From contig CAYLYK010000006.1 of NCBI GenBank assembly GCA_964388115.1, forward strand, positions 10,001 to 74,000: DNA of 64,000 bases. Direction: 5' to 3'. This document shows positions 26,852-36,744 of this stretch, piece after piece; within the stretch, counting starts at the first letter, position 1; each line of letters opens with the position of its first letter. The translations under genes and the position numbers were made by a program. Source of the DNA: an uncultured Hyphomicrobiales bacterium (GTDB lineage Bacteria; Pseudomonadota; Alphaproteobacteria; Reyranellales; JAQSWP01). The notes beneath the pieces were generated by a model. That model had not been told where the DNA came from. It saw only the letters and a program-made list of their open reading frames with translations, and did not search any database.

Positions 26852-28933
26852 ATGGCTCCAGATGACGGCATTGCGCGGCCGGTCCGCGACATCGTTCCCT
26901 CCGTTTGCCCGCATGATTGCACCAGCACCTGCGCGCTGGAGGTTGAACGGCTCGACGATCGCACCATCGGCCGCATCCGCGGCTCTCAGCGCAACACCTA
27001 CACCGCCGGCGTGATCTGCGAGAAAGTCGCCCGCTACAGCCAGCGTATCCACCATCCCGACCGGCTGCTGCAGCCGCTGCGCCGGGTGGGACCGAAGGGC
27101 TCGAAGCAATTCGCACCGATCTCCTGGAAGGACGCGCTCGACATCGTGGCCGAGCAATTCCAGGCCAAGACCAAGCAATACGGCAGCGAAACGGTCTGGC
27201 CCTATTTCTATGCCGGCACGATGGGGCTGGTGCAGCGCGACGGCATCCAGCGCCTGCGCCACGCGATGCGCTATTCGCGCTGGTATTCGACCATCTGCGT
27301 CGCGTTGTCGGATATCGGCTGGAACGCCGGCGTTGGATCCAAGCGCGGTGTCGATTTCCGCGAGGTCGACGAGCATTCCGATCTGGTGGTGATCTGGGGC
27401 GGCAATCCGGTCAACACCCAGGTCAACGTCATGGCGCATGCCATGAAGGCCAAGAAGCGCGGCGCCAAGCTGGTCGTGGTCGATCCCTATCGCACCGGCA
27501 CGGCCGAGCAGGCCGATATCCACCTGGCGGTGCGGCCGGGCACCGATGCGGCGCTGGCCTGTGGCGTCATGCACGTGCTCTTCAAGGAAGGCTACGCCGA
27601 CTGGGACTACATGCGCCGCTACACCGACGCTCCCGACGAGCTGGCAGCGCATGTGCAAAGCCGCGATCCCGCCTGGGCGTCATCGATTACCGGGCTGAGC
27701 GTCGAAGAGATTGTCGCGTTTGCGCGCCTCTATGGCAGTACCAAGAAAAGCTTCATCCGCTGCCATCATGGGTTTTCCCGTTCGCGTAACGGCGCGGTCA
27801 ACATGCACGCCGTCACCTGCCTGCCCTCCGTCACCGGCGCGTGGCGCCACAAGGGCGGCGGAGCGCTCTATGGCCATACCGGCATCTATCCGCTGGACCG
27901 CACGCTCATTGAGGGGCTCGATCTGGAGGACAAGAGTCTGCGCGTGCTCGACCAGTCACGCTTGGGCCCAATCCTGACCGGCGATCCTAAGGATCTGCAG
28001 GACGGCCCGCCGGTCACGGCACTGCTGGTCCAGAACACCAACCCGGCCATGGTCTGCCCCGAACTCGATCTCGTGTTGCGTGGCCTGGCGCGGGAGGATC
28101 TGTTCACCTGCGTGCATGAGCAGTTCATGACCGAAACGGCGGCCTTCGCCGACATCGTGCTGCCAGCGACCATGTTCCTCGAGCACGACGATTTCTACAC
28201 CGCTTCGGGCCACACCTATTTCCAGGCGACGAAGAAGGTCATCGAAGCTCCAGGCGAATGCCGCGAGAACCATTACGTCATTTGCGAGCTGGCCAAGCGT
28301 CTCGGCGCGAAACATTGCGGCTTCGAGATGACAGCTTGGGAAATCATGGACGAGACGTTGAAGAGGTCCGGCATGTGGGATGCGCAGACCAATGTCGATC
28401 GTGGCGGCCAGGATTGCGTCGCCGATTTCGAGACGCTGCATTTCATCAACGGCTTTCCCAACTCGATCGGGAAGTTCCGCTTCAAGCCGGATTGGGTGCG
28501 CTATGGCGGCCGCGGCGCGGAAATGCCCGAACTGCCGGACCATTTCGACGTCATCGACAATCCGACGGCGGAGAAGCCGTTCCGTCTCGTGGCAGCGCCC
28601 GCGCGCACTTTCCTCAATTCCACCTTCACCGAGACGCCAGGTTCGCTGCAGCGCGAGAAGCGGCCGACGGCCTTGCTCAACAAGCTCGACTGCGAGCGAT
28701 TGGGCATTGCCGCTGGCGACCTCGTGCAACTTGGAAACGAGAAAGGCGCGGTCCTGGTGCATGCCCAGCCTAAGGACGGACAACAGCCTGGCGTCGTGGT
28801 GGTCGAAGGCATCTGGCCCAACCGCAATTTCGAAAATGGTGTTGGCATCAATCTTCTGACCAGCGCCGAGCCCGGCTATCCCAATGGCGGCGCGGTGTTC
28901 CACGACACCGCCGTCTGGCTGCGCAAGGCCTGA
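26852..28933 (+). CDS. Cytoplasmic molybdopterin-dependent oxidoreductase (MopB superfamily) with N-terminal Fe-S cysteine cluster
   Basis: 693 aa. N-terminal CPHDCTSTC cysteine motif with no Tat signal. Molybdopterin-binding and C-terminal MopB_CT-like regions. Confidence 0.88.
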   Translation: MAPDDGIARPVRDIVPSVCPHDCTSTCALEVERLDDRTIGRIRGSQRNTYTAGVICEKVARYSQRIHHPDRLLQPLRRVGPKGSKQFAPISWKDALDIVAEQFQAKTKQYGSETVWPYFYAGTMGLVQRDGIQRLRHAMRYSRWYSTICVALSDIGWNAGVGSKRGVDFREVDEHSDLVVIWGGNPVNTQVNVMAHAMKAKKRGAKLVVVDPYRTGTAEQADIHLAVRPGTDAALACGVMHVLFKEGYADWDYMRRYTDAPDELAAHVQSRDPAWASSITGLSVEEIVAFARLYGSTKKSFIRCHHGFSRSRNGAVNMHAVTCLPSVTGAWRHKGGGALYGHTGIYPLDRTLIEGLDLEDKSLRVLDQSRLGPILTGDPKDLQDGPPVTALLVQNTNPAMVCPELDLVLRGLAREDLFTCVHEQFMTETAAFADIVLPATMFLEHDDFYTASGHTYFQATKKVIEAPGECRENHYVICELAKRLGAKHCGFEMTAWEIMDETLKRSGMWDAQTNVDRGGQDCVADFETLHFINGFPNSIGKFRFKPDWVRYGGRGAEMPELPDHFDVIDNPTAEKPFRLVAAPARTFLNSTFTETPGSLQREKRPTALLNKLDCERLGIAAGDLVQLGNEKGAVLVHAQPKDGQQPGVVVVEGIWPNRNFENGVGINLLTSAEPGYPNGGAVFHDTAVWLRKA

Positions 28934-28939
28934 GCTCGC

Positions 28940-29800
28940 ATGAGACTGGGAAACACGTTGCGGCGCGCGGCAGTCCGGATACCAGGGCGCGCGCATGTCG
29001 TGGTGCTGGGCAACGAGAAGGGCGGCTCCGGCAAGTCCACCACCGCCATGCATCTCGCCGTGGCGCTGCTCTACGATGGCGGCCGTGTGGGCACCATGGA
29101 TGTCGACAGCCGGCAGGGCACGTTCACGCGCTATATCGAAAACCGGCGCGATTTCATCAAGGCGAATCGTCTCGACTTGCCGTCGCCGGAGCATCGCACG
29201 GTGCTGCTTAGCGACCTTGCCAATCGCAACGAGGCGGAAGCTGCCGAGCGCGAGCGCTTCGGCAAGGCGTTTGTCGAGCTTTCGTCGAGCTGCGATTTCC
29301 TCATCATCGATACGCCAGGCTCGCACACCCATCTGTCGCGTCTGGCGCATGTCGAGGCCGATACGCTGCTGACGCCGCTCAACGACAGTTTCATCGATCT
29401 CGATCTGCTGGCCCGCGTCGAGCCCGATACGTTTCGCATTCAGCGGCCCAGCATCTACAGCGAATCGGTGTGGCAGCAGCGACAGCAGCGCGCTGCCGCG
29501 GGGCACCGACCGGTCGACTGGATCGTCATGCGCAATCGCCTGGCCAGTCTCGATGCCCGCAACAAGCGCGACATGGAAAAGGTGCTCGCTGCTTTGGCGC
29601 AGCGACTGGGTTTTCGCGTCGCGCCGGGCCTCAGCGAGCGCGTGATCTATCGCGAGTTGTTCCTGAAGGGCCTGACCTTGCTCGACCTGCGCAAGAGCTC
29701 AGGCCTGCCGATGACCATGTCGCATGTCGCGGCGCGGCAGGAAGTCCGTACTTTGCTGGAAGAGCTTAATTTGCCGCCGCTTGCCGCCGCGGCAGGATGA
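28940..29800 (+). CDS. mipZ: Division-plane positioning ATPase MipZ (ParA/MinD superfamily)
   Basis: VVVLGNEKGGSGKSTTAMHLAVALLYDGGRVGTMDVDSRQGTFTRYIENRR is closely colinear with Caulobacter MipZ. Deviant Walker A motif. Confidence 0.9.
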   Translation: MRLGNTLRRAAVRIPGRAHVVVLGNEKGGSGKSTTAMHLAVALLYDGGRVGTMDVDSRQGTFTRYIENRRDFIKANRLDLPSPEHRTVLLSDLANRNEAEAAERERFGKAFVELSSSCDFLIIDTPGSHTHLSRLAHVEADTLLTPLNDSFIDLDLLARVEPDTFRIQRPSIYSESVWQQRQQRAAAGHRPVDWIVMRNRLASLDARNKRDMEKVLAALAQRLGFRVAPGLSERVIYRELFLKGLTLLDLRKSSGLPMTMSHVAARQEVRTLLEELNLPPLAAAAG

Positions 29801-31022
29801 GCCAGATATAGGTCGTGACCTGCAGGAACAGGGCAACCGAGAACGCCGCCGAGTAGGCGATGGCGGGGTAGGCGCCGGTGGCGTCGCGCTCCCAGAGCGA
29901 GATGATTTCGCCCATGCCGTATTGCAGCAGGAAGGCGGTGGCGAACATCAGCATATTGGCCGAGGTCGTGACGCGGCCGCTGAGATGCAGCGGGAACATG
30001 TGCGTCAGGATGGGGAAGCACAGCACGCCGGTGACGCCGAAAAAGCCGAACAGCATCCACGCCGCCAGCACGCTGGGCGTCCAGTTCAAGATCAGCGGCA
30101 CTTGCAGCAGCATCAGGATCGCGTAGCCCCAACACAAGGTCGTCATCGGCTTCACGCCGCGCTTGGTCAGCGCGCCGGAGATGACACCCGACAACAGGAA
30201 GCCGCAGGTCATCGATGCCGCGATCGCCAGCAGATACTCCGACGTCGTGGTGCGATCGAGGCCGGCGACATGCCGCAACCAGGGACCGGACCACAAGGTC
30301 TGGATCGACATGAAGGAGGCCTGGGACATGACGACGGCCGGCGCCAGACGCCAGAAGGCCTTGCTCTGGAACACGCTGGCAACCCCGCCCAGGGCCTCGC
30401 GCAGGCTGGACCGGGCGTGGGTTTCCGGCTTCTCCGGCACCGCGGTGATGAGGAAGAGCGCCACGGTAACGGTGATGCCGCTCAGCACCATGAACACGCC
30501 GCGCCAGTCAGTGTAATGCAGCGCCAATTCGACGGGCGCCGTCGCCATCATCGCGCCCAGGCCGCCGAACGCCAGATGGAAGCCGTTGATCAGCGCCCAG
30601 CGCTCGGGCGGGAACCAGATGGAGATCGCCTTGAAAGCAGCCATCAGACCGCCGGCCACGCCCATGCCGATCAACGCGCGACCCAGAAACAGCATTGGCA
30701 GGGAATCGGCGAAAGAGAACAGCAGCGCGCCGCTGGCGGCGACCGTGAGCAAGGTGGCATGGACGCGCCGCGGACCGTAGCGGTCGAGCAGCAGGCCCAG
30801 CGGGAGCTGGAAGGCGGCGAAGCTGATGTAGTAGGCGCTGGTGAGCAGCCCCAGATCGGCAGCGCTGAGCGACAGATCGCGGGTGATGTCGACCGAGATG
30901 ACGGCATTTACCGTCCGATAGAGGTAGGACAGGAAATAGCCGAGGGCGAAGGGCAGATAGACCCGGAAGAAGAGCAGCGACAGGCTGCTGCGGGCGCCCT
31001 GCGCCAGGCCGTGGTTGGTCAT
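29766..31022 (-). CDS. MFS transporter
   Basis: 418 aa with about 12 TM segments. MFS loop motif LGLLLDRYGPRRV. The 3' end overlaps mipZ by 35 nt (convergent). Confidence 0.88.
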   Translation of the reverse strand: MTNHGLAQGARSSLSLLFFRVYLPFALGYFLSYLYRTVNAVISVDITRDLSLSAADLGLLTSAYYISFAAFQLPLGLLLDRYGPRRVHATLLTVAASGALLFSFADSLPMLFLGRALIGMGVAGGLMAAFKAISIWFPPERWALINGFHLAFGGLGAMMATAPVELALHYTDWRGVFMVLSGITVTVALFLITAVPEKPETHARSSLREALGGVASVFQSKAFWRLAPAVVMSQASFMSIQTLWSGPWLRHVAGLDRTTTSEYLLAIAASMTCGFLLSGVISGALTKRGVKPMTTLCWGYAILMLLQVPLILNWTPSVLAAWMLFGFFGVTGVLCFPILTHMFPLHLSGRVTTSANMLMFATAFLLQYGMGEIISLWERDATGAYPAIAYSAAFSVALFLQVTTYIWLILPRRQAAAN

Positions 31023-31138
31023 TTCCTCTCCACAGAGCGGGTTTGTCCGCCGCTAACTTATTGAGCCGGAAGCCTTTACCTTATGCTCCGGCCACCCAAC
31101 ATCATGTGCTAAGTGCCAGCAAACGGGGCCGCAAGGCA

Positions 31139-31840
31139 ATGAGCGAAAAGAAGAACGCTTCCCTGCAAAAAGCGGGCAGCAGCGCCGTCGACGCCTTTCT
31201 CGGCAAAGTCGCCGGGCTGACGCGCGTTGATGCAGCGGGTGGCCGCGGCCGGCTGTTCTTCGCCATGGATGCGACAGCCAGCCGCCAGCCGACCTGGGCG
31301 CAGGCGCGCGACATCCAATCGGAGATGTTTTCCGCGGCCCCTGGCGAGTTGGAAGTCCAGCTCGGCTTCTATCGCGGCCGGGATGAATTCAAGGTCAGCA
31401 AATGGCTGACGCAGACTGCAGCACTGCAACGCGCCATGGGCGCGGTCGATTGCCTGGGCGGCTACACTCAGATCGCCCGCGTGCTGCGCTATGCCGCCGA
31501 GCAGCACCGCCAGCAACCGATCCACGCCGTCGTCTTCATTGGCGACGCCATGGAAGAGCCGGTCGACGAGCTGTGCCATCTCGCCGGCGAACTGGGCCTG
31601 CTCGGCCTGCCGCTTTTCATCTTCCATGAAGGCGGCAATGCCAATGCCATCATGGGCTTCGAACAGATGGCGCGGCTGAGCGGCGGCGCCTGCTGTCCGT
31701 TCGATCTATCGAGCCCGGACCAGCTGCGCCGCCTGCTGGGCGCGGTTGCCGCTTTCGCCCGGGGCGGGCGCAAGGCGCTGGCGAATTACGCCGACAGCAA
31801 AGGCGGCAGCGCGCGGCTGCTGCTGGCCAGTATGAAATAG
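31139..31840 (+). CDS. von Willebrand factor A (VWA) domain protein
   Basis: 233 aa from ATG 31139. MIDAS-like FAMDATAS (DxTxS) and a Rossmann-like alternation typical of VWA domains. Confidence 0.75.
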   Translation: MSEKKNASLQKAGSSAVDAFLGKVAGLTRVDAAGGRGRLFFAMDATASRQPTWAQARDIQSEMFSAAPGELEVQLGFYRGRDEFKVSKWLTQTAALQRAMGAVDCLGGYTQIARVLRYAAEQHRQQPIHAVVFIGDAMEEPVDELCHLAGELGLLGLPLFIFHEGGNANAIMGFEQMARLSGGACCPFDLSSPDQLRRLLGAVAAFARGGRKALANYADSKGGSARLLLASMK

Positions 31841-31841
31841 C

Positions 31842-32537
31842 ATGAGTTACCTGCTGCTTGCGGCGCTGGCCGCCTTTCTCATCTACCTCGGCCTGCGCTG
31901 GTTTGTCAGTGCCGATCCGGCCCGTGTCGCCTTCGTGGTTACGGCTCTGGCCATGACCATTGCCGGCGCGGTGGCGCTCTTGCTGATCTTCACCGGTCGC
32001 ATCGGCTCGCTCTACCTGCTTGGGGCGCTGGTCTTGCCTGCCGCCATGGCGTGGTACCGGCGACGCAAGGCTACGGCGGGTGGCTTCTCCGATCCTGGAC
32101 GAAAATCGAGTGAAACATCCCAGGTCGAGACCGCCTGGCTGCGCATGGAGCTCGACCTGGAGAACGGGCGGATAGATGGGCAGATACGCCAAGGCGTTTT
32201 TGCCGGCCGGCGTCTGTCGGAGCTTGGCGACCAGCAATTGCTCGATCTCTATCGCATCAGTGGCAGCGATGCCGATACAAGGCGACTGCTCGAGGCTTAT
32301 TTCGACCGCCGGCTGGGACCGGCATGGCGCGGGCGGCAGGAAACGGCCGCTCCGCCATCCGCCGGCATGTCCCGGGAGGAAGCGCTGGAAATACTCGGCC
32401 TGGCGGGCGGAGCAACCAACGACGAAATAAAGGCGGCGCATCGGCGACTAATGGCGCAGCTCCATCCCGATAAAGGCGGCTCGACTTATCTGGCGGCGAA
32501 GATCAACCAGGCGCGGGATCTCCTGCTTGGCGACTAG
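31842..32537 (+). CDS. Membrane-anchored J-domain protein (DjlA-like architecture)
   Basis: 231 aa with 2-3 N-terminal TM helices. C-terminal J domain EEALEILGLAGGATNDEIKAAHRRLMAQLHPDKGG with an HPD tripeptide. Starts 1 nt after the VWA stop. Confidence 0.8.
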   Translation: MSYLLLAALAAFLIYLGLRWFVSADPARVAFVVTALAMTIAGAVALLLIFTGRIGSLYLLGALVLPAAMAWYRRRKATAGGFSDPGRKSSETSQVETAWLRMELDLENGRIDGQIRQGVFAGRRLSELGDQQLLDLYRISGSDADTRRLLEAYFDRRLGPAWRGRQETAAPPSAGMSREEALEILGLAGGATNDEIKAAHRRLMAQLHPDKGGSTYLAAKINQARDLLLGD

Positions 32538-32672
32538 GATGGCGCTGGGCGGGCTTCGCCTTGTTCGCCAGCGGCTTATATGGCATTTACTGCGCCACAA
32601 CATTGGTCGTGGGAACGCTTCCGTCCTCAGCCCTTCAGGCGACGTCAGAAATCTCCCCCCGCAGGAATTGGA

Positions 32673-33548
32673 ATGAGAAAACCCGTTCGTAAGGCCGTCT
32701 TTCCCGTTGCCGGTCTTGGCACCCGCACCTTGCCCGCCACCAAGGCGATCCCCAAGGAAATGCTGACCATCGTCGACAAGCCGCTGATCCAGTACGCGGT
32801 CGAGGAATGCCTGGCGGCGGGGATCGAGCAATTCGTCTTCGTTACCGGTCGCAACAAGGAGGCGATCGAAAACCATTTCGACCATGCCTACGAGCTGGAA
32901 GCGACGCTGGTTGAACGCAAGAAGACTGTGGAGTTACAGCAGACCCTGGCTAGCCTGATCCCCGCGGGAAACGCGATCTTCACGCGCCAGGAACAGCCGC
33001 TGGGGCTGGGTCACGCCGTATGGTGCGCGCGGCACTGGATCGGCGACGAGCCGTTCGCTGTGCTGCTGCCCGATGAGCTGACATTATCGTCGCCGAGCTG
33101 CACCGCCGAGCTGGTTGCGACCTATGGCCAGACCGGTGGCAACGTGATCTCCGTGCTCGACGTGCCCAAGGCGCACACCAGCCGCTACGGCATCGTCGCC
33201 ACCGGCAAGGATGACGGCAAGCTCGCCGAAGTCACCGGCATGGTCGAGAAACCCAAGCCTGAAGCGGCGCCATCGACGCTGGCGATCATCGGCCGCTACG
33301 TGCTGCTGCCGGACGTGTTCCGTCACCTCGACCGGCAGGAGCGCGGCGCCGGAAACGAGATCCAGCTGACCGACGCGATGGCCAAGATGGTCGGCAACAC
33401 GCCGTTCCATGCCTTGCGCTATGCCGGCCGGCGCTACGATTGCGGCAATCGGTTGGGCTTTCTGGAAGCCAACCTGGCCATCGGCCTGTCGCATGCCGAG
33501 ATCGGCAGCGAGGTGCGCGCCATGGCCGCCGCCCTGCTAAAAGAGTGA
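32673..33548 (+). CDS. galU: UTP--glucose-1-phosphate uridylyltransferase
   Basis: MRKPVRKAVFPVAGLGTRTLPATKAIPKEML...VEKP are GalU signatures. Start at ATG 32673. Confidence 0.93.
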   Translation: MRKPVRKAVFPVAGLGTRTLPATKAIPKEMLTIVDKPLIQYAVEECLAAGIEQFVFVTGRNKEAIENHFDHAYELEATLVERKKTVELQQTLASLIPAGNAIFTRQEQPLGLGHAVWCARHWIGDEPFAVLLPDELTLSSPSCTAELVATYGQTGGNVISVLDVPKAHTSRYGIVATGKDDGKLAEVTGMVEKPKPEAAPSTLAIIGRYVLLPDVFRHLDRQERGAGNEIQLTDAMAKMVGNTPFHALRYAGRRYDCGNRLGFLEANLAIGLSHAEIGSEVRAMAAALLKE

Positions 33549-33577
33549 CGCCGGCAACCTTGATCCTGGAGTAGGCG

Positions 33578-34888
33578 ATGCGCATTGCCATGATCGGTAC
33601 GGGTTATGTCGGTCTCGTGTCCGGCGCCTGCTTTTCCCAGTTTGGCTTCGACGTTATCTGCGTCGACAAGGATGCCGGTAAGATCGCCGCCCTCGAACGG
33701 GGCGAGATTCCGATCTTCGAACCGGGCCTCGACAAGCTCGTGGCGGATAATGTAGCCAAGGGCCGGCTGCATTTTTCCACCGATCTCGCGCAGTCGGTAA
33801 AGGGCGCCGACGCAGTGTTCATCGCGGTCGGCACTCCGACGCGACGCGGCGGTGGCCATGCCGATCTCAGCTACGTTTATGCAGCCGCGGCGGAAATCGC
33901 CCAGGCGGTAAGCGGCGATGCGGTCATCGTCACCAAATCGACCGTTCCCGTTGGCACCGGACGGGAGGTCGCGAAAATCCTGCGCAGCCATCGTCCGGAC
34001 GTCAAATTCGACGTGGTCTCCAACCCGGAATTCCTGCGCGAAGGCTCGGCGATCGAGGATTTCATGCGGCCCGATCGCGTCGTGATCGGGGCCGAGACCG
34101 AACGCGCCCGCGACGTGATGAAGCAGATCTACCGGCCGCTGTTCCTGATTGAAACGCCGATCGTCTTCACCGGTCTGGAAACGGCCGAGATCATCAAATA
34201 TGCCGGCAACACGTTTCTTGCCACCAAGATCACCTTTATCAACGAGATTGCCAATCTTTGCGAGAAGGTCGGCGCCGATGTGCATGATGTGGCGCGCGGC
34301 ATCGGGCTGGACGGCCGCATCGGGCGGAAGTTCCTGCATGCCGGTCCCGGGTTCGGTGGTTCCTGCTTTCCCAAGGACTGCATGGCGCTGGTTCACACCG
34401 CGCGCCAGCACGAAGCGCCGCAATCGATCGTGGAAACCGTGCTGGCCGTCAACGCCGCCCGCAAGAAAGAGATGGCGCAGCGCGTCATAGAAGCCTGCGG
34501 CGGCTCGGTGCAGGGCAAGACTATCGCCGTTCTCGGCCTGACCTTCAAACCCAATACCGATGACATGCGCGATGCGCCGTCACTCGATATCGTGCCGGCC
34601 TTGCAGGCCGCCGGCGCCAGGATCAGGGCTTACGATCCCGAAGGCATGGGCGAGGCGCGCAAGATGCTGCCTGACGTAGAATTCTGCGCTGGGTCCTACG
34701 AGGCGATGCAGGGCGCCGATGCGCTGGTGGTCATCACAGAATGGACAGAATTCCGTGCGCTTGATCTCGGCCGCATCAAGTCCCTCCTGCGTCAGCCGGT
34801 CGTGGTGGATTTGCGCAACGTCTATAACCCCGAGGAAATGCGCGCCGCCGGCTTCAGCTATCGCAGCATAGGCCGGCCTGCCGTCTGA
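33578..34888 (+). CDS. ugd: UDP-glucose 6-dehydrogenase
   Basis: 436 aa. NAD motif MRIAMIGTGYVGLVSG and catalytic GFGGSCFPKD. Confidence 0.95.
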   Translation: MRIAMIGTGYVGLVSGACFSQFGFDVICVDKDAGKIAALERGEIPIFEPGLDKLVADNVAKGRLHFSTDLAQSVKGADAVFIAVGTPTRRGGGHADLSYVYAAAAEIAQAVSGDAVIVTKSTVPVGTGREVAKILRSHRPDVKFDVVSNPEFLREGSAIEDFMRPDRVVIGAETERARDVMKQIYRPLFLIETPIVFTGLETAEIIKYAGNTFLATKITFINEIANLCEKVGADVHDVARGIGLDGRIGRKFLHAGPGFGGSCFPKDCMALVHTARQHEAPQSIVETVLAVNAARKKEMAQRVIEACGGSVQGKTIAVLGLTFKPNTDDMRDAPSLDIVPALQAAGARIRAYDPEGMGEARKMLPDVEFCAGSYEAMQGADALVVITEWTEFRALDLGRIKSLLRQPVVVDLRNVYNPEEMRAAGFSYRSIGRPAV

Positions 34889-34898
34889 CCTCGCAGAG

Positions 34899-36311
34899 AT
34901 GGAAGCAATGTCACAGAAATTCTCCCACAAGTTCGAAGCCACGATCCTGCGCGAATACGACATCCGCGGCATTTTCGAGAACACCTTGCATGTCGCCGAC
35001 GCTCGCGCCGTTGGGCGCGCCTTCGGCACCATCGTTCGCCGCAACGGCGGCAAGACGATCGCCATCGGTCGCGATGGCCGGTTGAGCTCACCGATCCTGG
35101 GGCCGGCGCTGATCGAGGGCGTTACCGAAGCCGGAGTAGACGTGATCGATATCGGCGTCTGCGCCACGCCGATGCTCTATTACGCGGTGTATCACCTGCA
35201 GACCGACGGCGGCATCATGCTGACCGGCTCGCACAATCCGTCCGATTACAACGGCTTCAAGATGATGCTGGGCAAGAAGTCGTTCTTCGGCCAGGACATC
35301 CAGAAGCTGGGCGCGATGGCGGGCGCGGGCGATGTCGAAAGCGGCAAGGGCAGCGTGCGCCAGCAATCGATACTCGATGCCTATGTCGACCGCGTGGTGC
35401 AGGGCTACGACGGGGTGCGGGCGCAGACCGTGGTGTGGGACATCGGCAACGGCGCGGTCGGGGTCAATATCGCCAAGGTGATCGCCAAGCTTCCCGGCAA
35501 GCACATCCTGCTCAACGAGGCAGTCGACGGCCGTTTCCCGGCGCATCATCCCGATCCAACGGTGGCCAAGAACCTCGAGCAGCTGCAGCAGGAGGTCGTC
35601 AAGCGCGGCTTCGATCTGGGCATCGCTTTCGATGGCGACGGCGATCGCATCGGCGTGGTCGACAACAAGGGCCGCATCCTGTGGGGCGACCAGTTCCTGG
35701 TCTTCCTGGCGCAGGACGTCCTGAAGAAATATCCCGGCGCCACCATCATCGCCGATGTGAAGGCCAGCCAAGTACTGTTCGACGAGGTGGCACGGGCAGG
35801 GGGCACGCCGGAAATGTGGAAGACCGGCCACTCGCTGATCAAGACGCGCATGGCGGAGACCGGCGCGCCGCTGGCGGGCGAGATGAGCGGCCACATCTTC
35901 TATTCCGACGGCTGGTACGGCTTCGACGACGCGCTTTACGCCGGCATCCGTCTGCTTGGCGTGCTGGGGCGCTCGCCGAAGACTCTGGCGGAAATGCGCG
36001 ACGGTTTGCCCAACGTGGTCAACACTCCGGAAATGCGCTTCGACTGCGATGACACGAAGAAATTCGCGGTTGTGGACAAGGTTCGCGATCTTCTCAAGAA
36101 GCAAAATGCCGATGTCAGCACGGTCGACGGCGTGCGGGTCAACACCGAGGACGGCTGGTGGCTGCTGCGCGCTTCCAATACCCAAGCGGTTCTGGTAGCT
36201 CGTTGCGAGGCGCGCGACCAGGCCGGGCTGGAACGTCTGCGCCAGCAGTTGAAGGGCGCGTTGCAGGCCGCCGGCGTCGATCTCCCGGACAACCCTTCCG
36301 CTGGCCACTGA
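34899..36311 (+). CDS. Phosphomannomutase/phosphoglucomutase
   Basis: 470 aa. Phosphoserine loop TGSHNPSDYNGFK and metal loop FDGDGDR. An alternative ATG lies at 34908. Confidence 0.93.
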   Translation: MEAMSQKFSHKFEATILREYDIRGIFENTLHVADARAVGRAFGTIVRRNGGKTIAIGRDGRLSSPILGPALIEGVTEAGVDVIDIGVCATPMLYYAVYHLQTDGGIMLTGSHNPSDYNGFKMMLGKKSFFGQDIQKLGAMAGAGDVESGKGSVRQQSILDAYVDRVVQGYDGVRAQTVVWDIGNGAVGVNIAKVIAKLPGKHILLNEAVDGRFPAHHPDPTVAKNLEQLQQEVVKRGFDLGIAFDGDGDRIGVVDNKGRILWGDQFLVFLAQDVLKKYPGATIIADVKASQVLFDEVARAGGTPEMWKTGHSLIKTRMAETGAPLAGEMSGHIFYSDGWYGFDDALYAGIRLLGVLGRSPKTLAEMRDGLPNVVNTPEMRFDCDDTKKFAVVDKVRDLLKKQNADVSTVDGVRVNTEDGWWLLRASNTQAVLVARCEARDQAGLERLRQQLKGALQAAGVDLPDNPSAGH

Positions 36312-36315
36312 CCCG

Positions 36316-36744
36316 ATGCGCTTCTTCTTTTTCGGCACCTTGCTGGATGAGGAAGTGCTGACCCTGGTCGTCGGCCGGAAGGTGCCGGCTGCCGACAAGC
36401 GTCCGGCCAGCCTGCCCGGGTTCCGCCGCGTCAGGGCACGGGGCGTGACCTATCCCATCATCGTCAGCCGTGAAAATTCGAGCGTTGCGGGCCTGCTGGT
36501 TTCAGGCCTTGCGGACGCAGAGGCGAAGCGGCTGATTGAATACGAAGGCGCCAATTACGATCTGGTGACGCTGTCCGTCACCGCTGGCAGTCGTCGGCAC
36601 CAGGCGCGGGTGTTCGTTCCAGTTGGCCAAGGTGGCCTGACGCCGTTGGACGAAGATTGGACTTTCGAGGAGTGGACCCGCCTGCATCGCGACGGTTTCG
36701 TCGCCCGCCTGCGGCAGTGGAAGACGGCGGATCGGGCTGTCTAG
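36316..36744 (+). CDS. Gamma-glutamylcyclotransferase (AIG2/GGACT-like) family protein
   Basis: 142 aa. N-terminal FFFGTLLDEEVL plus a YPIIV...GLLV pattern typical of GGCT-like proteins. Confidence 0.72.
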   Translation: MRFFFFGTLLDEEVLTLVVGRKVPAADKRPASLPGFRRVRARGVTYPIIVSRENSSVAGLLVSGLADAEAKRLIEYEGANYDLVTLSVTAGSRRHQARVFVPVGQGGLTPLDEDWTFEEWTRLHRDGFVARLRQWKTADRAV

